50,476 bases of DNA from a virus. Its lineage: Duplodnaviria; Caudoviricetes. The notes under the pieces were generated by a model. That model did no database searches. It saw nothing but the letters and a program-made list of their open reading frames with translations, and was not told where the DNA came from. The stretch spans positions 1 through 50,476 of IMG/VR virus record IMGVR_UViG_3300031274_000003; one strand, given 5' to 3'. The number at the start of each line of letters is the position of its first letter. The stretch's first letter is position 1. Position numbers and translations under genes: made by a program. Shown piece by piece: positions 18,600-26,649 of the stretch.

Positions 18600-19834
18600 A
18601 GACTTTTTGTGACGCACAGGCGTTTTTCGAGTACGGCCCCGCATCGGTTATGACTGAGGCACCGGACGGAAATATAAATTCCGGTTTTGTCTATGCGCAG
18701 TTACTGCCGCCAGGGATACTGAACTGGTTTTTTAACCAACTTACCTTGAACCAACTGAAGATGGCCCGACGGGCTGTAGGCACTCATGTGCTTGAGGCTT
18801 CGCAGCTGGCTACCGATTATATGGCCATAAAATGGCTCAATCTTCTGAATTTGTGGGTGGCTATACCCAATTCAACATCGGGATATCTTCGGTATTCTCC
18901 TGATGGTGAATACTGGTATCAAGGCGCATCTTTCGATTTCGGTGCTGATTCTCCGACAGCGCCTATAGATTATTTTAGAGCATCGCCTACTCAACTTTCG
19001 CTCTATGCGGCTTCTGATAACGCAGCGGCGGTAGAGGTATTGCACACACTGGACGTTACTACAGGAGCAATGGCCGCGCATCCCGGCGACACGTTGTCGG
19101 CAATAGGCCCCGCTCGGGTTTTCACAAGAAATTCAGAGCTGGCTTCTCAGAATCAACTTATCGTCACTACGGGCTCGCTATCGATGCCTGTGCTAGTGTC
19201 TCCTACGTATCTAGATGATTTTGCCGCCGTCACAGGTTTAGGATCTGTATTGTTCCGACACAGGCTTACGCACTATGTCGACGGTGGGGACAATGATCTG
19301 TGGTTCGGCATAGGCCACGGCGGCGCTGGATTCAGCCTGAAACGGTTTTCTGACACGACTATGGCCAGCGGAACGGAGCTTTACGACTTCGCCACAGAAG
19401 AGCCGGATTTTGTTCCTACAGCTATTGATATAAACAGCAACACGGGGCGCATAATAGTGGCGGGCACGGAGTCGGATACAGACGACCTGCTTAGGATCAT
19501 GTATAGTGATGATTTCGGCAGTACTTGGGCCGATGCCGTTGTTCCCACTGTAGATTTCGGAGCGGCGGCAACACAGGCTACATACGAGCGGATACAGTAT
19601 ATGGGAGGCTCTTTCTGGGTCGGGCACTTTCGGACGGTGGCGACCGCCGCAACGGCGCAGAGTATTTTCTTCTCTGTAGACAACGGTGTTACTTGGTACC
19701 GATCGCAACTTCTATTTGCCGCGTCAGATGAGCAGCAGCTCGCTTTTGCGGATTTTGATTTTTCAGGCAATTACTGGCTGGCCGCCCGCGGGTCTTATGG
19801 CGCGTTCCAGTTCAAAGGGAGTGTTTTGCCGTGA
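18596..19834 (+). CDS. Tail fibre/receptor-binding protein with Asp-box (BNR) beta-propeller
   Basis: N-terminal LNWFFNQL; Asp boxes SPDGEYW, SDDFGSTW, SVDNGVTW. Confidence 0.7.
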   Translation: MKTFCDAQAFFEYGPASVMTEAPDGNINSGFVYAQLLPPGILNWFFNQLTLNQLKMARRAVGTHVLEASQLATDYMAIKWLNLLNLWVAIPNSTSGYLRYSPDGEYWYQGASFDFGADSPTAPIDYFRASPTQLSLYAASDNAAAVEVLHTLDVTTGAMAAHPGDTLSAIGPARVFTRNSELASQNQLIVTTGSLSMPVLVSPTYLDDFAAVTGLGSVLFRHRLTHYVDGGDNDLWFGIGHGGAGFSLKRFSDTTMASGTELYDFATEEPDFVPTAIDINSNTGRIIVAGTESDTDDLLRIMYSDDFGSTWADAVVPTVDFGAAATQATYERIQYMGGSFWVGHFRTVATAATAQSIFFSVDNGVTWYRSQLLFAASDEQQLAFADFDFSGNYWLAARGSYGAFQFKGSVLP

Positions 19835-20184
19835 TAGTAGAAATTTACGATAAACGAGTATTTGTGTATAAAGCCGGCGAGGTACCCGAGCCGCTAAAGG
19901 TGCAGGTTGAGAGAGAAGAAACGCGGAAGCCGCTAAACCTGTCCGGTGCTTCCGCTATTTTCAGCCTGTTTACCGTCAACGCCGCTGGCACAAGAGCCAC
20001 TGTTATTGACAGCAGGGAGGCCGCAGTAGACGCCGGAAACGGTATTGTCACTCATACTTGGCAAGCGGGGGATCTGGTAAACGAAGACAAGTACTTCGGC
20101 GTCTTCTTCATAACACTGTCCGACTCATCTGTTATCTCTATTCCTAAAAGAAGGTATTTTGAATTTGAGGTGGAGGCGCTTTAG
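19831..20184 (+). CDS. BppU-like baseplate upper/Ig-like protein
   Basis: PLNLSGASA.F...G.V..TW..GDL...Y motif. Confidence 0.65.
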   Translation: MIVEIYDKRVFVYKAGEVPEPLKVQVEREETRKPLNLSGASAIFSLFTVNAAGTRATVIDSREAAVDAGNGIVTHTWQAGDLVNEDKYFGVFFITLSDSSVISIPKRRYFEFEVEAL

Positions 20185-20195
20185 GCGCAACGCCG

Positions 20196-20238
20196 GCCCC
20201 GGTCTTGTTTTTGGTTGCTCCTTTCACAAGACCGGGGC
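20196..20238. terminator. Hairpin between the convergent virion and replication arms (likely terminator)
   Basis: 13-bp perfect inverted repeat GCCCCGGTCTTGT (20196-20208) / ACAAGACCGGGGC (20226-20238). Confidence 0.6.
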
Positions 20239-20261
20239 GCTTCTGCTTAACACTAATGTTT

Positions 20262-20903
20262 CTAGAAGCAGGTTGCCGCGGTACTGATAAGTAGATCACG
20301 AAACGGAATAGGCGTTTCCTCTCGCTGGCGGTGTGTTAACCTTTTTACCGTATTATAGTGCCCCGTCCTAACTGCTCGGCGGCGTTCTTCAGAGGAGTGA
20401 AATCCTTCATCTAACCGTGATCGTTTACCGCTAGAGCCCCAATGTAAAACAGGCAGAGTAACGTGTGCCGCATATAACCAAGTCGCTTTTCGAGCAAGGT
20501 GGCCGTAATGCCCCTGCTCTACACAACACGTCCATCCAATACCGTCTCCTGCACTAACCCAGTTACCGGATTTAGGCGGTCGTATCAACCCAAAATGCCG
20601 CCACGCATGCGACGCTTCGGGATGTTCCAGTATGCCGCCGAATTGCCTCACTGCCCAAAGTGCGTGCTTAAAACATCCGCCGTCATCTCCCAGCTTCTTA
20701 GCCTTTGGGGTGCCAGCCAACATAGGGCCCCCGCTCCAGTAACGCCCCCATCTAGCACACGGTGGGTGAGCCACTACAGGCCACGGGCCGGTATAGTTGC
20801 GCGCGTCTCGTTCGGGCAAACCCCACGGCTCTACATTGGCTATCTCGTAATACGGCCCGCCTTGTAAAACATATAAAGCAGCTATTTTGTTAACTGTTTC
20901 CAT
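20262..20903 (-). CDS. Short C5 cytosine DNA methyltransferase-like protein
   Basis: AHPPC (motif IV), LEHP (motif VI-like), Q..YGH..RKATWL (motif VIII-like); no canonical FxGxG. Confidence 0.65.
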   Translation of the reverse strand: METVNKIAALYVLQGGPYYEIANVEPWGLPERDARNYTGPWPVVAHPPCARWGRYWSGGPMLAGTPKAKKLGDDGGCFKHALWAVRQFGGILEHPEASHAWRHFGLIRPPKSGNWVSAGDGIGWTCCVEQGHYGHLARKATWLYAAHVTLPVLHWGSSGKRSRLDEGFHSSEERRRAVRTGHYNTVKRLTHRQREETPIPFRDLLISTAATCF

Positions 20904-20930
20904 TTTTACTCTCTTCTTAGAAACCCAAGA

Positions 20931-21119
20931 TCAGCATCTACTCAAAGCTAATTCATGCTCAGTGATAGCTCTATATAAATAATCAGCAGCTACACCAAAA
21001 GCGTGCTTTGCTTCCTCTTCGCGATCACGGTGGTCGCTTTTCAGTAGGAGATCTCCATACGCTGCCCATAATTGAGATAGGTTTTCCAATTTAGCCACTT
21101 TATTTTCTATTTCATTCAT
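20931..21119 (-). CDS. Hypothetical protein
   Basis: ATG 21119 preceded by AAAGGA. Confidence 0.6.
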   Translation of the reverse strand: MNEIENKVAKLENLSQLWAAYGDLLLKSDHRDREEEAKHAFGVAADYLYRAITEHELALSRC

Positions 21120-21357
21120 TTGGTTGTTCCTTTCCAAGACCGGGACGCTTCTGTTTTTCAGGGTCGGTCTCTATCAAAAAATTCTTTTCTCCTTCGCTAA
21201 GCTCGCCGCCCCAACCGCTAAAAATGAAATCGGGCCACTCACCGGTTAGTTCATGGTAGGCGTTTTGGACTGCCACTCTCATCGGCAGATCAGCTCCTTT
21301 TGGGAGCTTTTTCCAATCAACCTCTCCAATTTTGCATTCCCAGATTTGTTTTTTCAT
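21112..21357 (-). CDS. Hypothetical protein
   Basis: 81-aa ORF, WECKIG...FIFSGWG. Confidence 0.7.
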   Translation of the reverse strand: MKKQIWECKIGEVDWKKLPKGADLPMRVAVQNAYHELTGEWPDFIFSGWGGELSEGEKNFLIETDPEKQKRPGLGKEQPNE

Positions 21358-21393
21358 TTTATTGCTACTTTCACAAGACCAGGTCGTCTTTAT

Positions 21394-21762
21394 TTACTCT
21401 AAACCTAGAACGCCTTTCACAACGGCCGTGAAAATGGTGTCTTTCATACGTTGAGCAATCGGAAGCTCCTCATATGAAACCATACACGGGTGCTCCTTCT
21501 TTTCCGGGTCTTTTACCGGTCCGTATTTCCACCCGGCTTCTTTCTTCTCTTTCATCCAACCTTCATGAGATGCCGACGGCGGTTGGTTTGGGTTCTTTAT
21601 GATGGCTTCTACCCCATGAATTACGCTATCTACTTGCCACTCCGGTGCTTTCTCAAATATCGGCTGAGACCGATCCCCTAAGTAGATACAATAAACTCGG
21701 TTTATTTCGTGCGCCGCCATAGCGGCATTCATAACTTGCATACTGACCGTTTTCATTTTCAA
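21394..21762 (-). CDS. RyR-domain protein
   Basis: HEGWMKEK..AGWKYGPVKD..KKEHPCMVSYEELP..QR.KD. Confidence 0.85.
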   Translation of the reverse strand: MKMKTVSMQVMNAAMAAHEINRVYCIYLGDRSQPIFEKAPEWQVDSVIHGVEAIIKNPNQPPSASHEGWMKEKKEAGWKYGPVKDPEKKEHPCMVSYEELPIAQRMKDTIFTAVVKGVLGLE

Positions 21763-21965
21763 AGTCCTCTCTCTGAGCTATCCCAGTATTCTGGCGCCAT
21801 GTCTTTCACCAAACTCGCCTTTACTGGCACTTCAAAAGTGATTTCGGCATACACCCTGCCGTGTCCTCTTTTGGTAAGTTTGGCAACTCCGTCTCTGAGC
21901 AAGTCGCTCAACGGCGCGGATTTTAAAACGACTTTGTCTCTGAAAGTTTCGATCATTTTTGGCAT
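21759..21965 (-). CDS. Hypothetical protein
   Basis: Overlap-coupled ORF. Confidence 0.6.
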   Translation of the reverse strand: MPKMIETFRDKVVLKSAPLSDLLRDGVAKLTKRGHGRVYAEITFEVPVKASLVKDMAPEYWDSSERGL

Positions 21966-22414
21966 TTTCTCTTCACCTTTCTTAGTTTGTTTCGCCTGTA
22001 GCGCAGCATGCGCTTAGCGCGCGGCGTTCCTTTGCATTTGCCTGACATGTATTTGTACATGCCTCTAGTCGAAGACCCGCCGCAGTCTTTTTTGAGCCTG
22101 TTCAACAGGTAAGCGGTGCACATGACTTGATCTTTTATACTGTGCAGCGAATACCCGTTTTTTGAACAAACATTTTTAGCGCGCCCATGAACTTGACCTA
22201 GTCCGTACTCTTTGAGTTTAGATTTCGACTCCGCTGTATAGTCGAAACTGCTTTCGAAATAGAAAACACCGGCAAGCTCAAATTTATCGATATCGAAAGT
22301 TTTGCTAGCCTCCTCTACCGCTCCCGTTATTTTAGTGCGGTAGCCTTTGTCTTTCATAACTCGAGAGTTAGGGGCCACGGACATCAGCGCGATTATAAAC
22401 AACTCTAGAGACAT
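21953..22414 (-). CDS. Lytic transglycosylase (SLT-like)
   Basis: FESSF...GLGQV...Y..G motifs; hydrophobic N-terminus. Confidence 0.7.
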   Translation of the reverse strand: MSLELFIIALMSVAPNSRVMKDKGYRTKITGAVEEASKTFDIDKFELAGVFYFESSFDYTAESKSKLKEYGLGQVHGRAKNVCSKNGYSLHSIKDQVMCTAYLLNRLKKDCGGSSTRGMYKYMSGKCKGTPRAKRMLRYRRNKLRKVKRKCQK

Positions 22415-22415
22415 A

Positions 22416-22715
22416 TTAAAACCTATCGTTAAATATCCAACGCTGTTCTTTTGGGATGCTTTTTAGCACTATAGCTTTTATTGATTTTAGCAGCGTTCTG
22501 GTGAACGCATAGGCATATGCTGTATAAACACGCTCAGGCTCAACTTCAACAGACACAGCAATTGTATCTCCCTTGAACTCGGTTGTGGCTTTTATTATAA
22601 ACAACGGACCGTATTTATTTGAGGCATCTACTATATCAATATTATCAGACCATATTCTGATCTCCTTTTTTACCTCTTCTATGAATAATTTACGCGATTT
22701 AACCTCATTTTCCAT
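22416..22715 (-). CDS. Hypothetical protein
   Basis: Coupled ORF in the - strand arm. Confidence 0.6.
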   Translation of the reverse strand: MENEVKSRKLFIEEVKKEIRIWSDNIDIVDASNKYGPLFIIKATTEFKGDTIAVSVEVEPERVYTAYAYAFTRTLLKSIKAIVLKSIPKEQRWIFNDRF

Positions 22716-23277
22716 TGGAGAGTCTATACCTTTCTGTTCTGAAGATACGGATACCGGGTATGTCCAACTTGCTCGGATCTGCGGATTCTCTTATTGCGAT
22801 ATTTACCGCACTGTTATCGATACATAGAAATTCTCTAGGTATCTTGCTGAAATCCTTTTCTTCCCACGCCCACACTTGTTGTGAAGACATCGCCGGTTTT
22901 GAAGCGGTCGTGGATAGCGCCGCCGCTTTGCTGAAGTCTTCGCTCTCAAGCGCTTTTCTTCGAGCGGCCTCTTGCTCTCTCTCCCACGACACAACCTTGC
23001 TTTTGGCGATGCTTTTAACCTTGGACAAAACGTCAAGTACGGGCTTGAACAGCGCGTCGACCTTGCGCTTTGCCTCAAGTTGAGGCCGTGTTATCTCCTG
23101 CCTCGCAGTATCGTATTCTTTGTGTTTGTTGTGGGCGTCCTGAGCGATCTCTAACATGATTTTAGCGGTGTCGCCGTCCACTACCTCGAACGTATTCAAA
23201 GCCTCTAGATACTCATCGGCCTCTGTTTTGGCCTCAACAACCATTTTTTCGATTATAGCTAATTCTGTCATGCCCAC
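22705..23277 (-). CDS. Coiled-coil phage protein of the recombination module
   Basis: R..IT.P..AK..VD..FKP; D.SKIPREFL..D...IPGIRIF. Confidence 0.7.
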   Translation of the reverse strand: MGMTELAIIEKMVVEAKTEADEYLEALNTFEVVDGDTAKIMLEIAQDAHNKHKEYDTARQEITRPQLEAKRKVDALFKPVLDVLSKVKSIAKSKVVSWEREQEAARRKALESEDFSKAAALSTTASKPAMSSQQVWAWEEKDFSKIPREFLCIDNSAVNIAIRESADPSKLDIPGIRIFRTERYRLSNGK

Positions 23278-23510
23278 TCCCCGTCTTTCACAATACCGCT
23301 AGGCTCGAAAACACCAGACAAAACATCTATCACAACACGCTTATCTGCGTTTTCCAATACCTCAACCAGATTATCGTATTGATCATAATCAATATCTGTG
23401 TGATCTTCTACCAAAGCTATAACAGCTTCTTCAAATTCTTTGATACTCGGCTTCTTTTCGAGCAGCTCTTTTAGGTCTTTTTCAAGCGCCCACGGTTTAG
23501 TTATTATCAT
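23268..23510 (-). CDS. Hypothetical acidic protein
   Basis: Coupled ORF. Confidence 0.6.
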   Translation of the reverse strand: MIITKPWALEKDLKELLEKKPSIKEFEEAVIALVEDHTDIDYDQYDNLVEVLENADKRVVIDVLSGVFEPSGIVKDGEWA

Positions 23511-23968
23511 ATTCGGCTCCTTACGATGCCGTACAGCGCCAAACCAAAGGCATCGATCACGTGATCGCTAAGCCCTAAAGGCAGCGATAACAGCTTCTCT
23601 ACTCGTCTGTTGTGCGGTTCTTTTTTAACGCTCCCTTTCCACTGCATCGGTGTCACAGTTTCAACGGTTGTGTATTCAGCAAGCTTACCTACTATAAGAC
23701 CGGTAAAATAAGCTAGGTCCAATATGTCGGACACTCTTATCGGCGATCCGGGTCGGTGCTCAGGCTTTTCTACTATCACTTTATCAGGAAACTTCAATAT
23801 ACCTATATTAATTTTATTTTCTATAGTATACAAGATTTGATTGGCGTGCGTTTCTAAGCTTTCATCTTTGTGCCTTTTTACTTCAGCGAAAACACCCAGA
23901 TAGTTCTTATTGTGATTTAGTATAGCAATTCCTGTGTGCCTGCCCGGGTCTATTCCCATTATTAGCAT
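23507..23968 (-). CDS. RuvC-like Holliday junction resolvase
   Basis: MGIDPG..TGIA, VIVEKP, P..WK, H..DA.GLA. Confidence 0.8.
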   Translation of the reverse strand: MLIMGIDPGRHTGIAILNHNKNYLGVFAEVKRHKDESLETHANQILYTIENKINIGILKFPDKVIVEKPEHRPGSPIRVSDILDLAYFTGLIVGKLAEYTTVETVTPMQWKGSVKKEPHNRRVEKLLSLPLGLSDHVIDAFGLALYGIVRSRI

Positions 23969-23984
23969 TGTGCAAACTCCTTGT

Positions 23985-24296
23985 TTAATGCATTTCAGGA
24001 TCTCTAAACATATCTAGAATAGCAGCACGCAATTCTGAAATATCTGAGCATAATACTCTACTTGTCAGATATTCAAGAATATAGCAGTCAAACCCTACAG
24101 CGATAGTAGCCGCGTATTCTTTGCTGTCTATATTTAACCTCCATATAAACGGTGAGTTTGAAGCTACTTCTATCATCCCAGGTTCTAAACTATTTTGTAA
24201 TTCCTCCATTAGTTTTCTGCAGAGTTCTATTCTATGCTCTAGTTTAGATGCCTTCGCCTTACCCTCCAAATACGCAGTCAAAAAATCATTTTCCAT
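23985..24296 (-). CDS. Hypothetical protein
   Basis: ATG 24296 overlaps polymerase stop. Confidence 0.6.
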   Translation of the reverse strand: MENDFLTAYLEGKAKASKLEHRIELCRKLMEELQNSLEPGMIEVASNSPFIWRLNIDSKEYAATIAVGFDCYILEYLTSRVLCSDISELRAAILDMFRDPEMH

Positions 24297-26164
24297 TACG
24301 GCACCCACACTTTCAGCCTACCGTTTTCGTCGAGTACACGTTTCGCTTTTTTAGACCACACCGACGACGCCACGGCTTCAGCATCAGTCGGGTAGTCTTC
24401 GCACATTCTGTTGAATTCTCTAGAGAATATTCGGTTGAGATCTTCTCCACACTGATGCAGATCGGATGTTATCGGCACTTCCAAAACAAGCTCATCGTGA
24501 ACCATGTTAACCGGGCGCGCGCCCAGCAATGCGCCGTTACCTGCATAGCACTCTCTAGTTATAGCTCTAGTGCCTGCCAGACACCCCGCGGCGGCGCCCG
24601 CTTGGAAGCGGTGATTGGCCAAGACCGTGTATTTGGCTACTGTCCTGAGCATGCCAGTAACATCTAGTTTAAGTTGCACCTGAGAACCGTCCGGGCCCGC
24701 CTCTCTCTGGCAATAGTCAAGATAATCGGGCATCTCCGGGAGCGCCTTCAGCCACGCTTTTCTGGTGGTGTCTATCTCTTCATAAGTCCACACGCGGCCG
24801 GTATTTCGAATCTGAGTCAACCTAAACGTATTGTGCATCATGCCGCCAGGAAACCCGAAGTTTGCCGCTTTAGCATTCTGCCTCGCTTTGGCCACAGTCG
24901 GATCGTCGTTAGCATACAAAGCTATGGCTTCTTCAAAGCTGATTCCCAAAAGCACAGAACCAACGTAAAGATGGACATCGACACCGTCATTAAGCAAGTC
25001 GCCAAGTACCGAGTACCCCAGAATATTTTTACAGGATTGCGCCAGCGTGTGCAGCTCAGCGCCGCTTATATCTGAAATCAGATACACAAAACCGTCTCTG
25101 GGGCGGTAGGTCTCACGGATACCGCCGTCTTTGGGGGCGTTCTGGAAATTGTTGCCTTCCAAGGGTTTTCTAGGCGTCGATGCGGAAGTCCTGCCTGTCG
25201 CCACGATATTGAAGCGCGTTGTTATCGGTACCACATACCCAAGTTCTAGCGTCTTGATATAGGTAGACAGCATTTTCTCTGCCGTTATGTACTCGGCACG
25301 TTTGAGCATCAATTCGTCGCCGCACAAGATGCACGCCACCTTATCGGTCGATATGCCTTTACCCGTCTTTGTTTTAGGTATATCGATACCTCGCTCTTCA
25401 CACGCCTGCCTAATTCGCTCCTGAGCGGGCTTCTGTTTTTTTGTGTAACCTTTTTTATCTTCTGCCAATAAACCGGCTTCGAGTAGGTCGGGAACCAGCT
25501 CACTCATTTTTGCTTCGAAACGCTCGCGGCACTCTTCTACTTTTTTCTGATCTGTCAACATCCCGCGCGCTGTCATCAATGTCAGGCAGAACGATGAATA
25601 CGAAAACGAATACTCTCCAACAATCTGATCTTGCCCCGCCATCTGTTCGGCAAAAATCTCCATTGTCGTGATTGAATCTTCTTTTGCATAGTCAATGGCT
25701 TCTTGCGGCCACTGCGATAGCGGCGTATCGATAAGCTCGCCGTAACGGAACCGCCAGCCTTGTGTCTTGCCCCACATGCGCTTATCGAGCACAAGCTCGG
25801 CCAAGTCGGCTAACGAGTACTCTTTCAAGGTATCGCTGTACAGCGCGCGGCCTACTGCTATGTCCCACAGTTTCTGCCTTATAGCGACGTCAGTGATTAA
25901 TCCTTTTTCATATTTTTCGAAAATGTACGGCAATAACTCGGGCCAAGTTGCAGCGGTAGTTCCTGCGTCATAGGCGAAATTAAGGCCTATCAACGTTATG
26001 TCATCGTTAGTGAGCTGCTCATACCACCAAGTGGCGAGGTAATCGCTATGCTTGAGTAAACCGGCGTCCCCCTCCCCGTCGTAATAGGAGGTGCATACGA
26101 CTTTAGGAAGGGGACGCCGCCGCGTGATTAAAAACGTCTCGTTATCTGCCGCACGAAAAATCAT
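24296..26164 (-). CDS. DNA polymerase family A with 3'-5' exonuclease domain
   Basis: Exo DNET, NFAYD, YAKED; TGRTS, NFQN, motif A DISGAEL, motif B RQNAKAANFG, motif C VHDEL; start ATG 26164 (ATGA overlap). Confidence 0.92.
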   Translation of the reverse strand: MIFRAADNETFLITRRRPLPKVVCTSYYDGEGDAGLLKHSDYLATWWYEQLTNDDITLIGLNFAYDAGTTAATWPELLPYIFEKYEKGLITDVAIRQKLWDIAVGRALYSDTLKEYSLADLAELVLDKRMWGKTQGWRFRYGELIDTPLSQWPQEAIDYAKEDSITTMEIFAEQMAGQDQIVGEYSFSYSSFCLTLMTARGMLTDQKKVEECRERFEAKMSELVPDLLEAGLLAEDKKGYTKKQKPAQERIRQACEERGIDIPKTKTGKGISTDKVACILCGDELMLKRAEYITAEKMLSTYIKTLELGYVVPITTRFNIVATGRTSASTPRKPLEGNNFQNAPKDGGIRETYRPRDGFVYLISDISGAELHTLAQSCKNILGYSVLGDLLNDGVDVHLYVGSVLLGISFEEAIALYANDDPTVAKARQNAKAANFGFPGGMMHNTFRLTQIRNTGRVWTYEEIDTTRKAWLKALPEMPDYLDYCQREAGPDGSQVQLKLDVTGMLRTVAKYTVLANHRFQAGAAAGCLAGTRAITRECYAGNGALLGARPVNMVHDELVLEVPITSDLHQCGEDLNRIFSREFNRMCEDYPTDAEAVASSVWSKKAKRVLDENGRLKVWVP

Positions 26165-26649
26165 GCCAGACCGCACTTTCTCAAATATGCTTCGGTCGGC
26201 TCGGGGAGCCACTTGTGAACGGTGAAGGGCTTGTCTTCTTTCGTCCTTGTGATGAAACAAGACAACCTGAGAACCAGATCTTTCAGCGCGTTGTCTTGAA
26301 TGGCCGCCGTAGCAAGCTCGTCCCACTCTTCATCACTCCGCTCTTTCGGATCGTCTGCGCCCGACGCCGCGCACAGAAAGCCCATCCAGTTTTTGATACC
26401 CATGAGCGCTTTTGTTTTGTCGCCTGACAGCTTGATCACGTGAGACGCTGTTGTACCGACTGGGGGCGCATCTTCGTCATCACTGTCTACATACAGCACT
26501 TCGGCTTCGATGATAACGCTGTCGCCTTTGAAGCCCTCTTTCACCATCTTGGTGTTTTCAATTCGGACGATATACTCGCCCTCTTTGAAATAACGGCCTG
26601 CGCCGACCAACTCAACTTGACTCAATCCATAATTCGCAAAAATGCCCAT
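26161..26649 (-). CDS. Putative ssDNA-binding protein
   Basis: EG.Y.VRI OB-fold-like start; between helicase and polymerase. Confidence 0.55.
   Translation of the reverse strand: MGIFANYGLSQVELVGAGRYFKEGEYIVRIENTKMVKEGFKGDSVIIEAEVLYVDSDDEDAPPVGTTASHVIKLSGDKTKALMGIKNWMGFLCAASGADDPKERSDEEWDELATAAIQDNALKDLVLRLSCFITRTKEDKPFTVHKWLPEPTEAYLRKCGLA

Noticed and set aside
709-19770. Numerous antisense and alternate-frame ORFs over virion genes
   Set aside because: Shadow ORFs of well-supported genes with no SD or motifs (except the 7854-8111 frameshift frame)
26165-26326. N-terminal extension of the polymerase in the ORF track
   Set aside because: Overlaps the upstream gene; ATG 26164 gives ATGA coupling and starts at the exonuclease motif
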